A stretch of DNA of 64,000 nt from Terriglobia bacterium. GTDB lineage: Bacteria; Acidobacteriota; Terriglobia; Versatilivoradales; Versatilivoraceae. Position numbers and translations under genes: made by a program. A model generated the notes under the pieces. That model saw only the letters and a program-made list of their open reading frames with translations, had not been told where the DNA came from and did not search any database. Positions 48,854 to 58,547 of this stretch are shown here, piece by piece; the stretch's first letter is position 1; each line of letters starts with the position of its first letter. The DNA lies in NCBI GenBank assembly GCA_041476565.1, contig JBGOTQ010000002.1, forward strand, positions 773 to 64,772, given 5' to 3'.

Positions 48854-50035
48854 TTATGAGTTCTGGATCTCACGATAGATACACGCTAGGCGCCCTGCTT
48901 GCGTCACTGCATTGTATTCTGCTTCCACGTGTCGACGGCCCTGCATGCCCATCTCGGGCCATTTCTCCGGGTTCTCAACCAGCCAAAAAAGATTATTTAC
49001 TATCCCTTCAACGTCTCGTTCTTCGGCCAAGAGTCCACTCTGGCCATGTTTCACAATCGCGGGGATATCGCAATGGTATGTACTGACAACCGGCATTCCT
49101 GTAGCCAATACTTCAATGAGACTTACTGGCGCACCACCTTCAGTGTCACCGTCGATTGACGTTATACTGGGAGACAAAAAGATGTGATGTCGATAACACT
49201 CTTCCAGAAAAACATTATAAGGCTGAAACCCCAGCAGCCTCGTTGTGTTACGCATTCTGTACCTATCGATTGTGTCTAGGATTCTTTGTTTTTCAGAATG
49301 GTTGCGAGATTCGTGGTCGGCATCACCGATAATAGTTGTGGTAATTGGAACATCCTGCTGCAGGCGTCCCAGGGCTTCCAAGGCGTAAGGGATACCTTTC
49401 TTCTCCCGGAACGAGGCAGCTATTAGCACGCGCAAGTCTTCTGAACGCTCCCAGAACCTTGGTCTAAAATCGATGCAGTGGACAGGCACACCAAGATGAT
49501 GAACCTTAACCAGAGCCGGAGGGCACCCCAATTCCACCAGACATTGTGCCATGTGCGGCCCCTCGCATAAGACGCCATCAACTTGGTCAAATAACTCCAT
49601 GTACCTTTCCCTCCAGACGGCATCCTGCCTTGGGAGATAGTTTACGTCCAGCCCGTAAAAACTGACAAGGTGCCTGAGTCCAGACTGCTTTGCGGCTTTG
49701 GAGTTAATCCAGCCGACATTACCGAAATGAGAGTGAAGAATCTTGGCATGATGTTGTCGTGCGGCTCGAATCAAAAATCCAAGATGCCGCCGGACCCCAA
49801 ATTTCCGCATGGCCCTGTCAAAATATTGCATGTAAAAGGGAACCTCGGCAAAAGCATGCAAGTTGGCTATGGGGAATTGCTGTAGATTCAAGGTCTCTCG
49901 GCAGAGGATATGACTCTCTACTGTGGACGGCAACAGCCGGATTTGATGGTAAAGCCAGGGTTGGGTTTGCGGCAGCCAGCAAGGAACGTCATGGCACACT
50001 ACAACTCTATTGTCTATCTTGGATTTGACAGCCAT
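48854..50035 (-). CDS. GT4 (group 1) glycosyltransferase
   Basis: The EGGAPVSLIEVLATGMPVVST motif is typical of GT4 enzymes. Confidence 0.85.
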   Translation of the reverse strand: MAVKSKIDNRVVVCHDVPCWLPQTQPWLYHQIRLLPSTVESHILCRETLNLQQFPIANLHAFAEVPFYMQYFDRAMRKFGVRRHLGFLIRAARQHHAKILHSHFGNVGWINSKAAKQSGLRHLVSFYGLDVNYLPRQDAVWRERYMELFDQVDGVLCEGPHMAQCLVELGCPPALVKVHHLGVPVHCIDFRPRFWERSEDLRVLIAASFREKKGIPYALEALGRLQQDVPITTTIIGDADHESRNHSEKQRILDTIDRYRMRNTTRLLGFQPYNVFLEECYRHHIFLSPSITSIDGDTEGGAPVSLIEVLATGMPVVSTYHCDIPAIVKHGQSGLLAEERDVEGIVNNLFWLVENPEKWPEMGMQGRRHVEAEYNAVTQAGRLACIYREIQNS

Positions 50036-50277
50036 TGTTCTTTCCTTGCTTCTCCAACCGACTCGATGAAATGTGACAGTGGCTTAGAGACACCGGACCA
50101 CCCCCTCATGCCATATGGATCGTCATCTCCATGTCGTGCAGAGAGGAACAAGCATTGGTGGCAAACCAAGCCTTAGTTTGTCGAAATCGGATAGGAAGCC
50201 CATGTATGACTCTTGCTTGGTTATTGGACTTCATACCCTAGGCATTAATCCAGAAAACAAAAGGCATCACATGTTCT

Positions 50278-51759
50278 CTAAATCTGTTCTCGGAGCATAT
50301 CAAGCAAGCGAACAGATTGCTGGCGATTGATGAACCAACTCGAAACCAAGTATACAATTCCTCCCACAGCAACCATTAGCGTCAGTGCGGCAAAGGAAGG
50401 GATCCTGAAAACAAAACGGGCCTTGAGGAAAGAAAGCACTACATACATCACTAGGCTGCTTGCGAAAGGGCGCCAAAGTGTGACGGCAAGGTCGGCGACC
50501 GGGAGGTCGATTAAACGAAAGGAAATAACAAAACTTGGACCCGCCAAGATGAAAGACATGACAGCATAGCAGGTCGCAACGCCGTAAATGCCCCAGCGCA
50601 ATCCCACCAGAAATGAAATGATTGTCAGCACACCGGCGACGACTCCCCAACGAAGCATCAGATCTGTTCTTCCTTTAGCCTGATAAATAGCTCCAACTGT
50701 AGTTCCGATTGATTGGATCATGCCTACTGGCACCAAAATTAACAAGAGCTTGGGGACAGGTGCCCATTGCGGTCCAAACACGGTGAAGACAAACAGGTCA
50801 CGGGTGACGAGCAAGCCGAATGCCATAGGAAAAGAGAGGAACGCAATCGCGCTAGACACATTCAAGTATGCACGTCGAAATCGCGATTCCGTGTCTTGGA
50901 GTTGCGAGTAGACAGGAAACATGACTCTCCCCACCACATCTGACATGACTTGGATGGGATAGTACATAATGCGATAGGCCAAAGCGTAGAAACCCAGATT
51001 GCCTGGGCCAAGATACCTCCCGATCAGGAAGTTGTCCGCATTTCTCGCAAGGTAATTGAAGATATTAAAGCCGGTCAAGTTCAGGCTGTACCAGCCAATG
51101 GTTTTGACGGCCGACGCCTTAAAAACGAACCGGGGAGCCCAAGGGCTAAGGATCCACTGCAGTACCGATGTGACTAGGACAATTGTCAGGGTCTGAAAGA
51201 TTAGACTCCAACTGCCTGCTCCCCAATAAGCCAGCCCAATGCCGACCGGAGCACCAACCGCGACAGCGGCCATCTCAGTCTTTGCAATGGTGTGAAAAGC
51301 CAACTGTCGTTGCATTAATGCTTGTTGTACAGTACTGAAGCTGGAAATCAAGAAAGTGAACGCGAGCACCTTGAGCATGAGGACGATCCGCGTATCGTGA
51401 AAAAGTATTCCAAACACCGGAGAGAGCACAACAAGACCTCCCGTGGCTGCGAAGCCTATGGCAACGTTGGTCCAAAACACGCTCGAAGCTATCTCTTCGG
51501 GGAGATCCCGCGCCTGGATGATGGCCGCCGAAGTACCCAAGTCTCTGATGAGTCCCAAAAACCCGACAGCAATGGTTGCCATCCCCACCAGTCCGAAATC
51601 CGTCGGTGTTAAGAGACGGGCCAGGATGACCACGGAGGCGAAATGCAGAAATTGTTTTCCGATGTTTGAGACAAATGACCATTTGACCCCAGAAGAAGCA
51701 GACTGTCTTAGACTCACAATGACTTCTTTCTGGCGACCACAAGGTACATCAATGTCCAT
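50278..51759 (-). CDS. wzx: Wzx-like oligosaccharide flippase (MOP superfamily polysaccharide biosynthesis protein)
   Basis: It has 12-14 TM helices and a Wzx-type N-terminus, VKWSFVSNIGKQFLHFASVVILARLLTP. Confidence 0.8.
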   Translation of the reverse strand: MDIDVPCGRQKEVIVSLRQSASSGVKWSFVSNIGKQFLHFASVVILARLLTPTDFGLVGMATIAVGFLGLIRDLGTSAAIIQARDLPEEIASSVFWTNVAIGFAATGGLVVLSPVFGILFHDTRIVLMLKVLAFTFLISSFSTVQQALMQRQLAFHTIAKTEMAAVAVGAPVGIGLAYWGAGSWSLIFQTLTIVLVTSVLQWILSPWAPRFVFKASAVKTIGWYSLNLTGFNIFNYLARNADNFLIGRYLGPGNLGFYALAYRIMYYPIQVMSDVVGRVMFPVYSQLQDTESRFRRAYLNVSSAIAFLSFPMAFGLLVTRDLFVFTVFGPQWAPVPKLLLILVPVGMIQSIGTTVGAIYQAKGRTDLMLRWGVVAGVLTIISFLVGLRWGIYGVATCYAVMSFILAGPSFVISFRLIDLPVADLAVTLWRPFASSLVMYVVLSFLKARFVFRIPSFAALTLMVAVGGIVYLVSSWFINRQQSVRLLDMLREQI

Positions 51760-52484
51760 TGTTCGGTTCTATCAATTCTGTCCACCCCGAAGGATATAAG
51801 CTGAGTGAGTAGTCCCACAAGGTCGACAAGGTGCAACCAGCGGAGAGGCCCGCGATTGAAGCGATAAAGGTTATACACAAATAGTTGCCCAAAGGTGCCC
51901 CAAAATCCTGAAAGAGCATTGATCTCGACGATCTCAAACCCAACCTTCTCAAATAGATATTTCAATCCATACCTACTGAACCTAAAGAAGTCTCGAGGTT
52001 CCTCATGAAGGTGCCAGATGAACGGGACAGTATACAGAGCATATCCACCAGCCCGCAAAAGGCGATGGCATTCCCGAAGCGCTACCTCTGGCTCCTCAAG
52101 GTGCTCCATGACCGATGTGCACAACACCGAGTCAAATGACTGGTCATCAGCGGGAATTCTGTAAGCCGTTCCCCAAAGGTCAACATCCTTTGGGCCATGA
52201 AGAGTACCAGAATGGTCAATTCCGATGTGTTCAGTCACCAAGGATGAAAGCACTTGCCTGAAAGGCTTGGTTCCACAGCCGATATCGATGAGTCTGCCGC
52301 AGAGATACTTCTTTGCGGCTCTAACGACTTCGCGATCGTGAATATAGTGGACTAACAAGTTTCTGATTTGGCGTACCACAGTCTTCCTACCCAGGGTGTG
52401 AAGCTGCTTGACGTCACGAGCCGGGTCAAGCCTAAGATGGATAAGACAAATTACATCGCGCCGTCCCAAGGTTTCAGGAGCCAA
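51714..52484 (-). CDS. class I SAM-dependent methyltransferase
   Basis: Motif I is LIDIGCGTKPF, with CTSVMEHLEEP and RAGGYALYTVP. Confidence 0.8.
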   Translation of the reverse strand: MAPETLGRRDVICLIHLRLDPARDVKQLHTLGRKTVVRQIRNLLVHYIHDREVVRAAKKYLCGRLIDIGCGTKPFRQVLSSLVTEHIGIDHSGTLHGPKDVDLWGTAYRIPADDQSFDSVLCTSVMEHLEEPEVALRECHRLLRAGGYALYTVPFIWHLHEEPRDFFRFSRYGLKYLFEKVGFEIVEINALSGFWGTFGQLFVYNLYRFNRGPLRWLHLVDLVGLLTQLISFGVDRIDRTEQWTLMYLVVARKKSL

Positions 52485-52629
52485 CGAGACACAAAAGCAA
52501 CTTGGGAGAGATCAAGCTGGTGAACGATAATAGTGAAGTCCCAGTCTCCTATTCACTGCCCATTCATCGAAGCGTCTTATCCGCAGGGCTACTAGTCTAT
52601 CGCTCAAGCACGATTGGTCGTTCAGTCTG

Positions 52630-53163
52630 TCAAGACTCCGTTTTCTTATAGGCAATGCAGCTTGCGGAGGCACTCAGCCTTTGCCACTTAGTCACTTTGA
52701 GCAGGAGTGAGACGAAGTACCGTTCAGCCTGGCTGTTGCCAAAGAAACTTCGTGGGGAGTTCCAGGGGACGATCCTCTCAAACCCTTTCGAAGATAACAA
52801 ATGGACCAATTCTCGAGGGGAATACATGTGAAGGTGCGTAGGATCAGCGCTTCGTTCAGCCTTGTTGAACCGGCTAGGTGAAGCCACAAACAACATTCCT
52901 CCGGGACGCAGCACCCGACGAGTTTCCTCCAGGCACGTGACGGCGACCCCGGGTTCCAGATGTTCGATCACTTGGTTGCATACAACTGTCTGAAAGATGG
53001 CATTCCCAAAAGGAAATGGCTGGCTCAACATATGCAACAGAATCTGAACCCCCGGGCATCGAACCTGGGCCGCCTCGATAGCCTTGCTAGATCCTTCTAA
53101 ACCTTCACAATTCAAACCCCAACGCACGGCACACTCAACAAATAGTCCAATTCCTGCTCCCAC
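52630..53163 (-). CDS. class I SAM-dependent methyltransferase; the start is unresolved and it may be frameshifted or a pseudogene
   Basis: The GTG called as start is the Val inside motif I (ILD-V-GAGIG). The frame stays open upstream to 53349 (…YFERFYSSRDWRFYRDILSLIVRFSEPGPILDVGAGIG) with no ATG, GTG or TTG. That extension overlaps the 3' end of the 53307.. gene in another frame. Confidence 0.55.
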   Translation of the reverse strand: MGAGIGLFVECAVRWGLNCEGLEGSSKAIEAAQVRCPGVQILLHMLSQPFPFGNAIFQTVVCNQVIEHLEPGVAVTCLEETRRVLRPGGMLFVASPSRFNKAERSADPTHLHMYSPRELVHLLSSKGFERIVPWNSPRSFFGNSQAERYFVSLLLKVTKWQRLSASASCIAYKKTES

Positions 53164-53306
53164 ATCCAGGATCGGACCTGGCTCAGAGAATCTGACGATC
53201 AGGGAGAGTATATCCCTGTAAAATCTCCAATCTCGAGACGAATAGAATCGTTCGAAGTACTGCCCTGTTCCGATTCCCCCATTAATGGAGTATTGCTGTG
53301 ACGTAG

Positions 53307-53912
53307 CTATGTTTTTCTCCCAGCCATGATGGAAATTCGTTCTCCAAGATCAAAATAGTCATGCAAATGCGCAAGATGTACAAAAGGGAACATCAGTTCA
53401 TAATCGCCGAATTGTCGAAACACCCAGTGCGTCCCGTTTTGCAAGGGAGAAGTATTCTCGACCAGGAACAAAAGGCCCCTATCTTTCAAAACCCTTCTAA
53501 TTTCAGCAATTGTGTTGACCAGAGTGATGCCAACTATGCCGCCTAACACAAGACAAGACCATACAACGTCCACTGACTTATCACAGAGTGGAATGTTCCC
53601 CTCTTTCATGATTTTGTATTCCACATTCGGAGTTTTGGGTGCCATGGCGATCAATGCGGGAATGGGATCAGCACCTATTACCAAGCCTCCATTGATAATT
53701 GAAGCCAGTTCCGAGCTGAACCGCCCAGGGCCACAGCCAAGGTCGAGAATCACTTTGTCTGATGGCAGCAGAACTTGCTGGAGACAAGGGAAAATCTCTT
53801 TGTGCTGAAAATCTGTAATAGCGTCGTATTCATTTTGGCCGTGGTTTATATTCAGAACAGCTCTTTTGCCATAACACTTTACCCGGCTCTGCCAGTAAGA
53901 GACCCCTGTCAA
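53307..53912 (-). CDS. class I SAM-dependent methyltransferase
   Basis: Motif I is ILDLGCGPGRF. The ORF-track start at 54107 would overlap the DegT gene by 142 bp. An internal TTG at 53912 with an upstream GGAAG is the more likely start. Confidence 0.7.
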   Translation of the reverse strand: MTGVSYWQSRVKCYGKRAVLNINHGQNEYDAITDFQHKEIFPCLQQVLLPSDKVILDLGCGPGRFSSELASIINGGLVIGADPIPALIAMAPKTPNVEYKIMKEGNIPLCDKSVDVVWSCLVLGGIVGITLVNTIAEIRRVLKDRGLLFLVENTSPLQNGTHWVFRQFGDYELMFPFVHLAHLHDYFDLGERISIMAGRKT

Positions 53913-53965
53913 TTCTTGCTTCCGACGGAAGCTGAGCCAAATCCATCTTTCGATGATTCTTCGGA

Positions 53966-55159
53966 TTAACGATCTTTCCACAATATAGTTGACGTGACCG
54001 CCTGAACAACGTCCTGCCTGTCCTGGGTATATAGCTTCGGAGACAACGGTAGGCTCACAGTCTTCCTCCCGATGCACATTGCATTCGGGTAGTCTTCGGG
54101 TTTCCAATCAAAGGTACTTTGGTAGTATGGGTGTTCGGGAATACTCAAGTAGTGCACCCCCACTCCGATGTTTTCCCTGGTCATGGCCTCAAGAAATTGG
54201 TCTCGTTCAATCCCGGCGTGTACAGGGTCGATTAGAATGGTATAGAGATGATAGGCATGTCGTATCCACGGCTCGGGATCTGAGGGTAAACCGACGGGTA
54301 ATTCGCTTAAGGCTTGATTATAGTAATTCCAGATCTCACGTCGGCGAAACCAGTTCTGATCCACCCGTGCCAGTTGGTGGATTCCAATGGCGGCTTGGAG
54401 GTCCATCATGTTGTATTTGAACCCGCATTCCACCACCTGATAATGCTTGTATCCCTCATCACTGTAGCGTTTCCAGGCGTCATGGCTCATTCCATGGAGA
54501 GCCAGCACCTTGATGCGAGCTGAATCTTCTTCCCTCCGGGCAAGTACCATTCCCCCTTCCCCAGTAACTACGTTCTTGGTCACATAAAAGCTGAAACACC
54601 CAAAATCTCCAAACGTGCCCACTTTGCGCCCCTTGTATTCAGCTTCAATGGCGTGGGCGCAGTCCTCTATGACCTTCAAGCCGTGACTCTCGGAAATCGA
54701 ACACAAGGAATCCATGTCACAGGATCTGCCAGCAAAATGAACAGGCAGGATGGCACGCGTTCTGGGGGTAATCCTGGCTTCCACCTGTGCCGGATCGATG
54801 GTCATAGTCCTGGGATCCACGTCAGCCAGCACAGGAGTGGCCCCTGCATGGATGATGGCATTGACGGTAGCACAAAAGGTCAAGGCAGAAGTAATGACCT
54901 CGTCGCCCGCCTTGATGCCCGCAGCAAGCAGGCTGAGATGCAGGGCAGCCGTGCAGGAGTTGACTGCGACCGCAAATTCCGCACCTTTGTAAGCCGCGAA
55001 TTCCCTTTCGAATTGGGCCACCTTGGGCCCGGTTCCCAGCCATCCCTTCTTCAGGGAGTCTACAACTTCCTCAATTTCAGCGTCTTCAATAACCGGAGCG
55101 CCAAAGACTAGAAACCTGTCTTTGGTCCGAACGGGGCGGAATTCCTTCTTATTCTTCAT
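53966..55159 (-). CDS. DegT/DnrJ/EryC1/StrS-family PLP-dependent sugar aminotransferase
   Basis: The conserved DEVITSALTFCAT motif and the PLP-lysine region SFYVTKNVVTGEGG are present. I chose the start at 55159 (MKNKKEF...). Confidence 0.85.
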   Translation of the reverse strand: MKNKKEFRPVRTKDRFLVFGAPVIEDAEIEEVVDSLKKGWLGTGPKVAQFEREFAAYKGAEFAVAVNSCTAALHLSLLAAGIKAGDEVITSALTFCATVNAIIHAGATPVLADVDPRTMTIDPAQVEARITPRTRAILPVHFAGRSCDMDSLCSISESHGLKVIEDCAHAIEAEYKGRKVGTFGDFGCFSFYVTKNVVTGEGGMVLARREEDSARIKVLALHGMSHDAWKRYSDEGYKHYQVVECGFKYNMMDLQAAIGIHQLARVDQNWFRRREIWNYYNQALSELPVGLPSDPEPWIRHAYHLYTILIDPVHAGIERDQFLEAMTRENIGVGVHYLSIPEHPYYQSTFDWKPEDYPNAMCIGRKTVSLPLSPKLYTQDRQDVVQAVTSTILWKDR

Positions 55160-55450
55160 AGAGTGCCTCAAGAGTTCTCTCAATAGCATGACTCCCGAGG
55201 AAAATGGTTTACGAAGATGGGGGCCACGCTCCGACCGGGCATCGAGCCCTGTCCGGCGGACTTGCCGCGCAGGAGTGCGGCTCCCACTTTGAAGAGCCCA
55301 TTTTCACGTAGGTACCTTAAGTATGGACAATCTGCTCCAACCATCCTTAGAATGAAACTCTGAATGGACCTTTCGGGCATAACCTGCGAATCTAGCCCGA
55401 AGGTTAGCTATCTCAAGACTCACAGATCGTAAGATAATCGACCCAACTGC

Positions 55451-56209
55451 GTGATACCAGCTAGGCGACACGAGATCAGCATTGAATATGACCGTCCCGA
55501 AACTCATGCGGTTCGGGTCAAGGCGGAGATTACCCCATTGATTTGGCGAAGAGCTTTAGTGGTATCGCTCTTAATGGTTGCCCCTGTCGCCACCCCTTCG
55601 GCCAACCTGGACGATCTGAATAGCACTATTAATTCCCTTCAAAAGAAATACTCAAAGGTCATAGACCTCCGCATGGACTTTATTCAGACGTACAAAACAC
55701 CACGAAGGCCTCCACGGACGGAGACCGGGATTCTTTACCTTCGCCGTCCCGGCATGATGCGTTGGGAGTACCATTCTCCCAGTGAAAAGCTCTTTGTATC
55801 CAACGGGAAGGACATTTACTTTTATCTCCCCGAAGAGCAACAAGTTCAGAAGACCACGGTCAAAGAAAGCCGGGACCAGCGTCTGCCCTTTCTTTTTCTC
55901 CTTGGCAGAAGCAATCTAAGGAAGGACTTTTCTAAAATAGAATGGGCTAACGAGCAAAAGTCCTTTTTTGCTGGCAACCGCATCCTTTACGCTTACCCTA
56001 AGAAGAATATCGACGATTTTTCAAAAGTCCTTATGGAGTATGAACCTGGAAGGGTTCAACTGCAACGGGTCATTATCTTTGACATTGATGGATCAACGAG
56101 CGAATTCGTTTTTACCAATATCAAGGAAAATTCCGGACTCAGCCCCAAGCTCTTTGAGTTTCATATTCCAAGCAACGTCGAGGTGATCGGCTCGGGGGAG
56201 AACCAGTAA
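55451..56209 (+). CDS. LolA-like outer-membrane lipoprotein carrier protein
   Basis: The LolA signature region is GILYLRRPGMMRWEY.P...LFVSNGKDIYFY. The true start is probably the TTG at 55538, which gives a clean signal peptide MIWRRALVVSLLMVAPVATPSA. Confidence 0.65.
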   Translation: MIPARRHEISIEYDRPETHAVRVKAEITPLIWRRALVVSLLMVAPVATPSANLDDLNSTINSLQKKYSKVIDLRMDFIQTYKTPRRPPRTETGILYLRRPGMMRWEYHSPSEKLFVSNGKDIYFYLPEEQQVQKTTVKESRDQRLPFLFLLGRSNLRKDFSKIEWANEQKSFFAGNRILYAYPKKNIDDFSKVLMEYEPGRVQLQRVIIFDIDGSTSEFVFTNIKENSGLSPKLFEFHIPSNVEVIGSGENQ

Positions 56210-56880
56210 AACTCAGCACAACCCAGACCCTTCGTAGCGATGGGGGTCTCACCAGTGCAATCAAAAGTGACGTACAGAGGGCGAGCATCGTAACCCTAGC
56301 CTGAAAGGCCGGAATAGCTCAGCCAAGGCAGAGCGAGTGTTGGTAACAAGCGCCGCCCTAGCTACAAGTACCCCTAAAACGTCCCCGGCCCTGAAAAGGC
56401 GAAATGGAGACCTTGAACCTCAAGGTTCTTGCGCTCACAGCCAACCCCCTTCCTCCTCAACATTGGGTTGATTTGGTCCAGTTTGTCATTCCGCTCTTTC
56501 AGAGCTTTCTTGTCCTTCCAATCCCTAACCCAAGGCGTTGCGGCCGGCAGTCGCCTGCCGGCTCCTGCTTTTCGTCCGCTCTGCCCTGGGCTGGATTATG
56601 TCGGCCTTTCAGGCCTCGCACATCAATATCCTAAGAAATTGACATCGATCCTTCACCCCAGGTCGAAGCTCGGGACAGAAGTCGCTTCGCTTGTCCTCTG
56701 GCCTCTGCTATCCTAGCCTTTCAGGCCAAGTGGGGAGTCGCTAGGTCGCCGAGAAACCCTGACCCAGCTTCTCCGTTGTACGCCACTTTTGACTGCACCT
56801 GTCGCTTCACGCGGATGTGGAGATCCCATGGGGTCTTGGTTTATAATTAAGTATTAGTGCTCTTGATTCCAGGAATCACG

Positions 56881-58095
56881 ATGCCTGAATTTCGATGTCG
56901 GATTGCCAACGGTAATGGGGAAATACTCACCTCCAGCTACAACTCTCCCTCAGAGGCTGAACTGCGCCACCGGTTGACTGACCAAGGCTATTATATTTAT
57001 TCCATCAAAGAAAAGGGCAGAATCGCCTCCCTAGGTTTCTCTTTTCAGGCCCGAACCAGAAAGATCAAACCGACAGAATTCATTATCTTTAACCAGCAGT
57101 TTGTAGCTTTGATCCATGCGGGACTACCTATTCTGAAATCATTGGAACTCCTCACCCAGCGAGTCAAGAACGATCGATTCCGTGAGATGCTGAACGATGT
57201 GTCAGGCCGCGTTAAGTCCGGTGCGTCATTATCGGAGTCTTTTGAGGTTCAGGGTGTCTTTTCCAAAGTCTACACAGCCTCCCTCTACGCTGGTGAGAAG
57301 AGCGGGAACTTGGAGGAGGTCATCAGGCGCTTCATCGAATACCAACGAATCGTTACCCAAACGAAGAGTAAAATCATATCGGCATTAACTTATCCTGCTA
57401 TCCTCACGTTCCTGCTGGTAGTGATGGTTACCTTCATCCTATCGGTCGTTGTTCCTCGATTCACAGAGTTCTATTCCGGCTTGGGGGCACAGCTTCCCCA
57501 AATTACTTTAGTACTAATCGCTGTCTCCAATGCGGTTAGTGGGCATCTAGTCAGTGGAGTGGTTTCTTCCATTGCTGCCGTCGTGGCGGTCCGATTCTGG
57601 GTTGGAACCCCGCGGGGCGGAATCTACCTGGACGGCCTCAAACTGAGACTCCCCATCATTGGCGACATTTGGAATAAGTTTGCCTTTTCTCAGTTAAGCC
57701 GGACTCTATCCACCTTGCTTTCGGGGGGCATCCCGCTGGTCAATTCTCTTGAAATCGTGGCAGACTCCTCGGGAAACCAGGTGATTACCCAAGCGGTGAA
57801 ATCTGCGATCACTTCAGTGAGGGAGGGACAATCTCTATCCAAAAGCTTAGAGCTGAGTGGTATTGTCCCCGATCTGGCCATTGAGATGGTGCAGGTCGGC
57901 GAATCCACGGGCTCTCTTAGCGATATGCTCAGGTACATTGCCGACTTCTACGATGAAGAGGTTAATGTTCGTCTCAGCCGGTTGTTTACTTTTATCGAAC
58001 CGGCTCTGCTTGTTGTTCTGGCGAGTATCGTGGCTTTTGTGCTGATTGCCCTCTACTTGCCGATCTTTAATTTAGCAGGTACGTTAAAGGTATAG
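56881..58095 (+). CDS. pilC: type IV pilus assembly platform protein PilC (GspF family)
   Basis: Two GspF repeats and three TM helices are present. The ATG at 56881 with an AGGAA RBS is preferred over the GTG at 56857. A perfect TATAAT lies at 56842-56847. Confidence 0.85.
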   Translation: MPEFRCRIANGNGEILTSSYNSPSEAELRHRLTDQGYYIYSIKEKGRIASLGFSFQARTRKIKPTEFIIFNQQFVALIHAGLPILKSLELLTQRVKNDRFREMLNDVSGRVKSGASLSESFEVQGVFSKVYTASLYAGEKSGNLEEVIRRFIEYQRIVTQTKSKIISALTYPAILTFLLVVMVTFILSVVVPRFTEFYSGLGAQLPQITLVLIAVSNAVSGHLVSGVVSSIAAVVAVRFWVGTPRGGIYLDGLKLRLPIIGDIWNKFAFSQLSRTLSTLLSGGIPLVNSLEIVADSSGNQVITQAVKSAITSVREGQSLSKSLELSGIVPDLAIEMVQVGESTGSLSDMLRYIADFYDEEVNVRLSRLFTFIEPALLVVLASIVAFVLIALYLPIFNLAGTLKV

Positions 58096-58125
58096 GGGAC
58101 AGGTTAGAGAAGAAAGAGAAAACTG

Positions 58126-58488
58126 GTGGAGAGGATTCAGTCGCACAAGGATTTGGTGGTATGGAAGAAGGCTATGGATCTTGTGGTCGAGGTGTATAGG
58201 CTGACAATTTATTTCCCTCAGTCAGAGAATTTCCGTTTGGTCTCGCAGATCACTCGGGCTGCAGCGTCAGTTCCGGCCAATATCGCAGAGGGGCATGCGC
58301 GAGCTACTCGAAGGGACTTTGCCAACTTCTTGGCGATCCCCAAAGGCTCTCTGATGGAAACTGAGACTTATATTATGTTGGCGCAAAGACTGAATTATCT
58401 AAAGGCAGAACAGGTAACCCCGATTTTGAGTCTTATAGTTGAGATTAGTAAGGTGCTTACCTCTTTGAGAAATAAGTTGATCCAGTGA
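58126..58488 (+). CDS. four-helix-bundle protein of the family annotated as 23S rRNA-intervening-sequence protein
   Basis: The family signature ...WKKAMDLVVEVYRLT..FP..E.F.L.SQ..RAA.S...NIAEG... is present. The start codon is GTG. Confidence 0.7.
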   Translation: MERIQSHKDLVVWKKAMDLVVEVYRLTIYFPQSENFRLVSQITRAAASVPANIAEGHARATRRDFANFLAIPKGSLMETETYIMLAQRLNYLKAEQVTPILSLIVEISKVLTSLRNKLIQ

Positions 58489-58547
58489 CCACTTTAGGTG
58501 GAAGTGGTTAACTGTTCCCTGTAACCTATGACCTGTAACCTAAAACC

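Noticed and set aside
26673-55189. An ordinary O-antigen or EPS locus as the explanation for the island.
   Set aside because: No Wzy polymerase or Wzz/Wza/Wzc export components are visible, and no nucleotide-sugar dehydratase or epimerase set is present. The Wzy_C protein is fused to TPR repeats and sits next to pilins. I kept an LPS or EPS role as the main alternative in the finding.
56320-56345. An SRP (4.5S) RNA-like stretch, CCGGAA…CAGCCAAGGCAG.
   Set aside because: Only a 12-nt run matches the domain IV consensus. The flanking sequence does not form the GNRA-closed helix or the 5'/3' terminal pairing. The neighbouring copies are direct repeats, not inverted.
56313-56385. A tRNA-like start, GGAATAGCTCAGCC.
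   Set aside because: No complementary anticodon stem, T-arm (GTTC..A) or acceptor pairing could be built.
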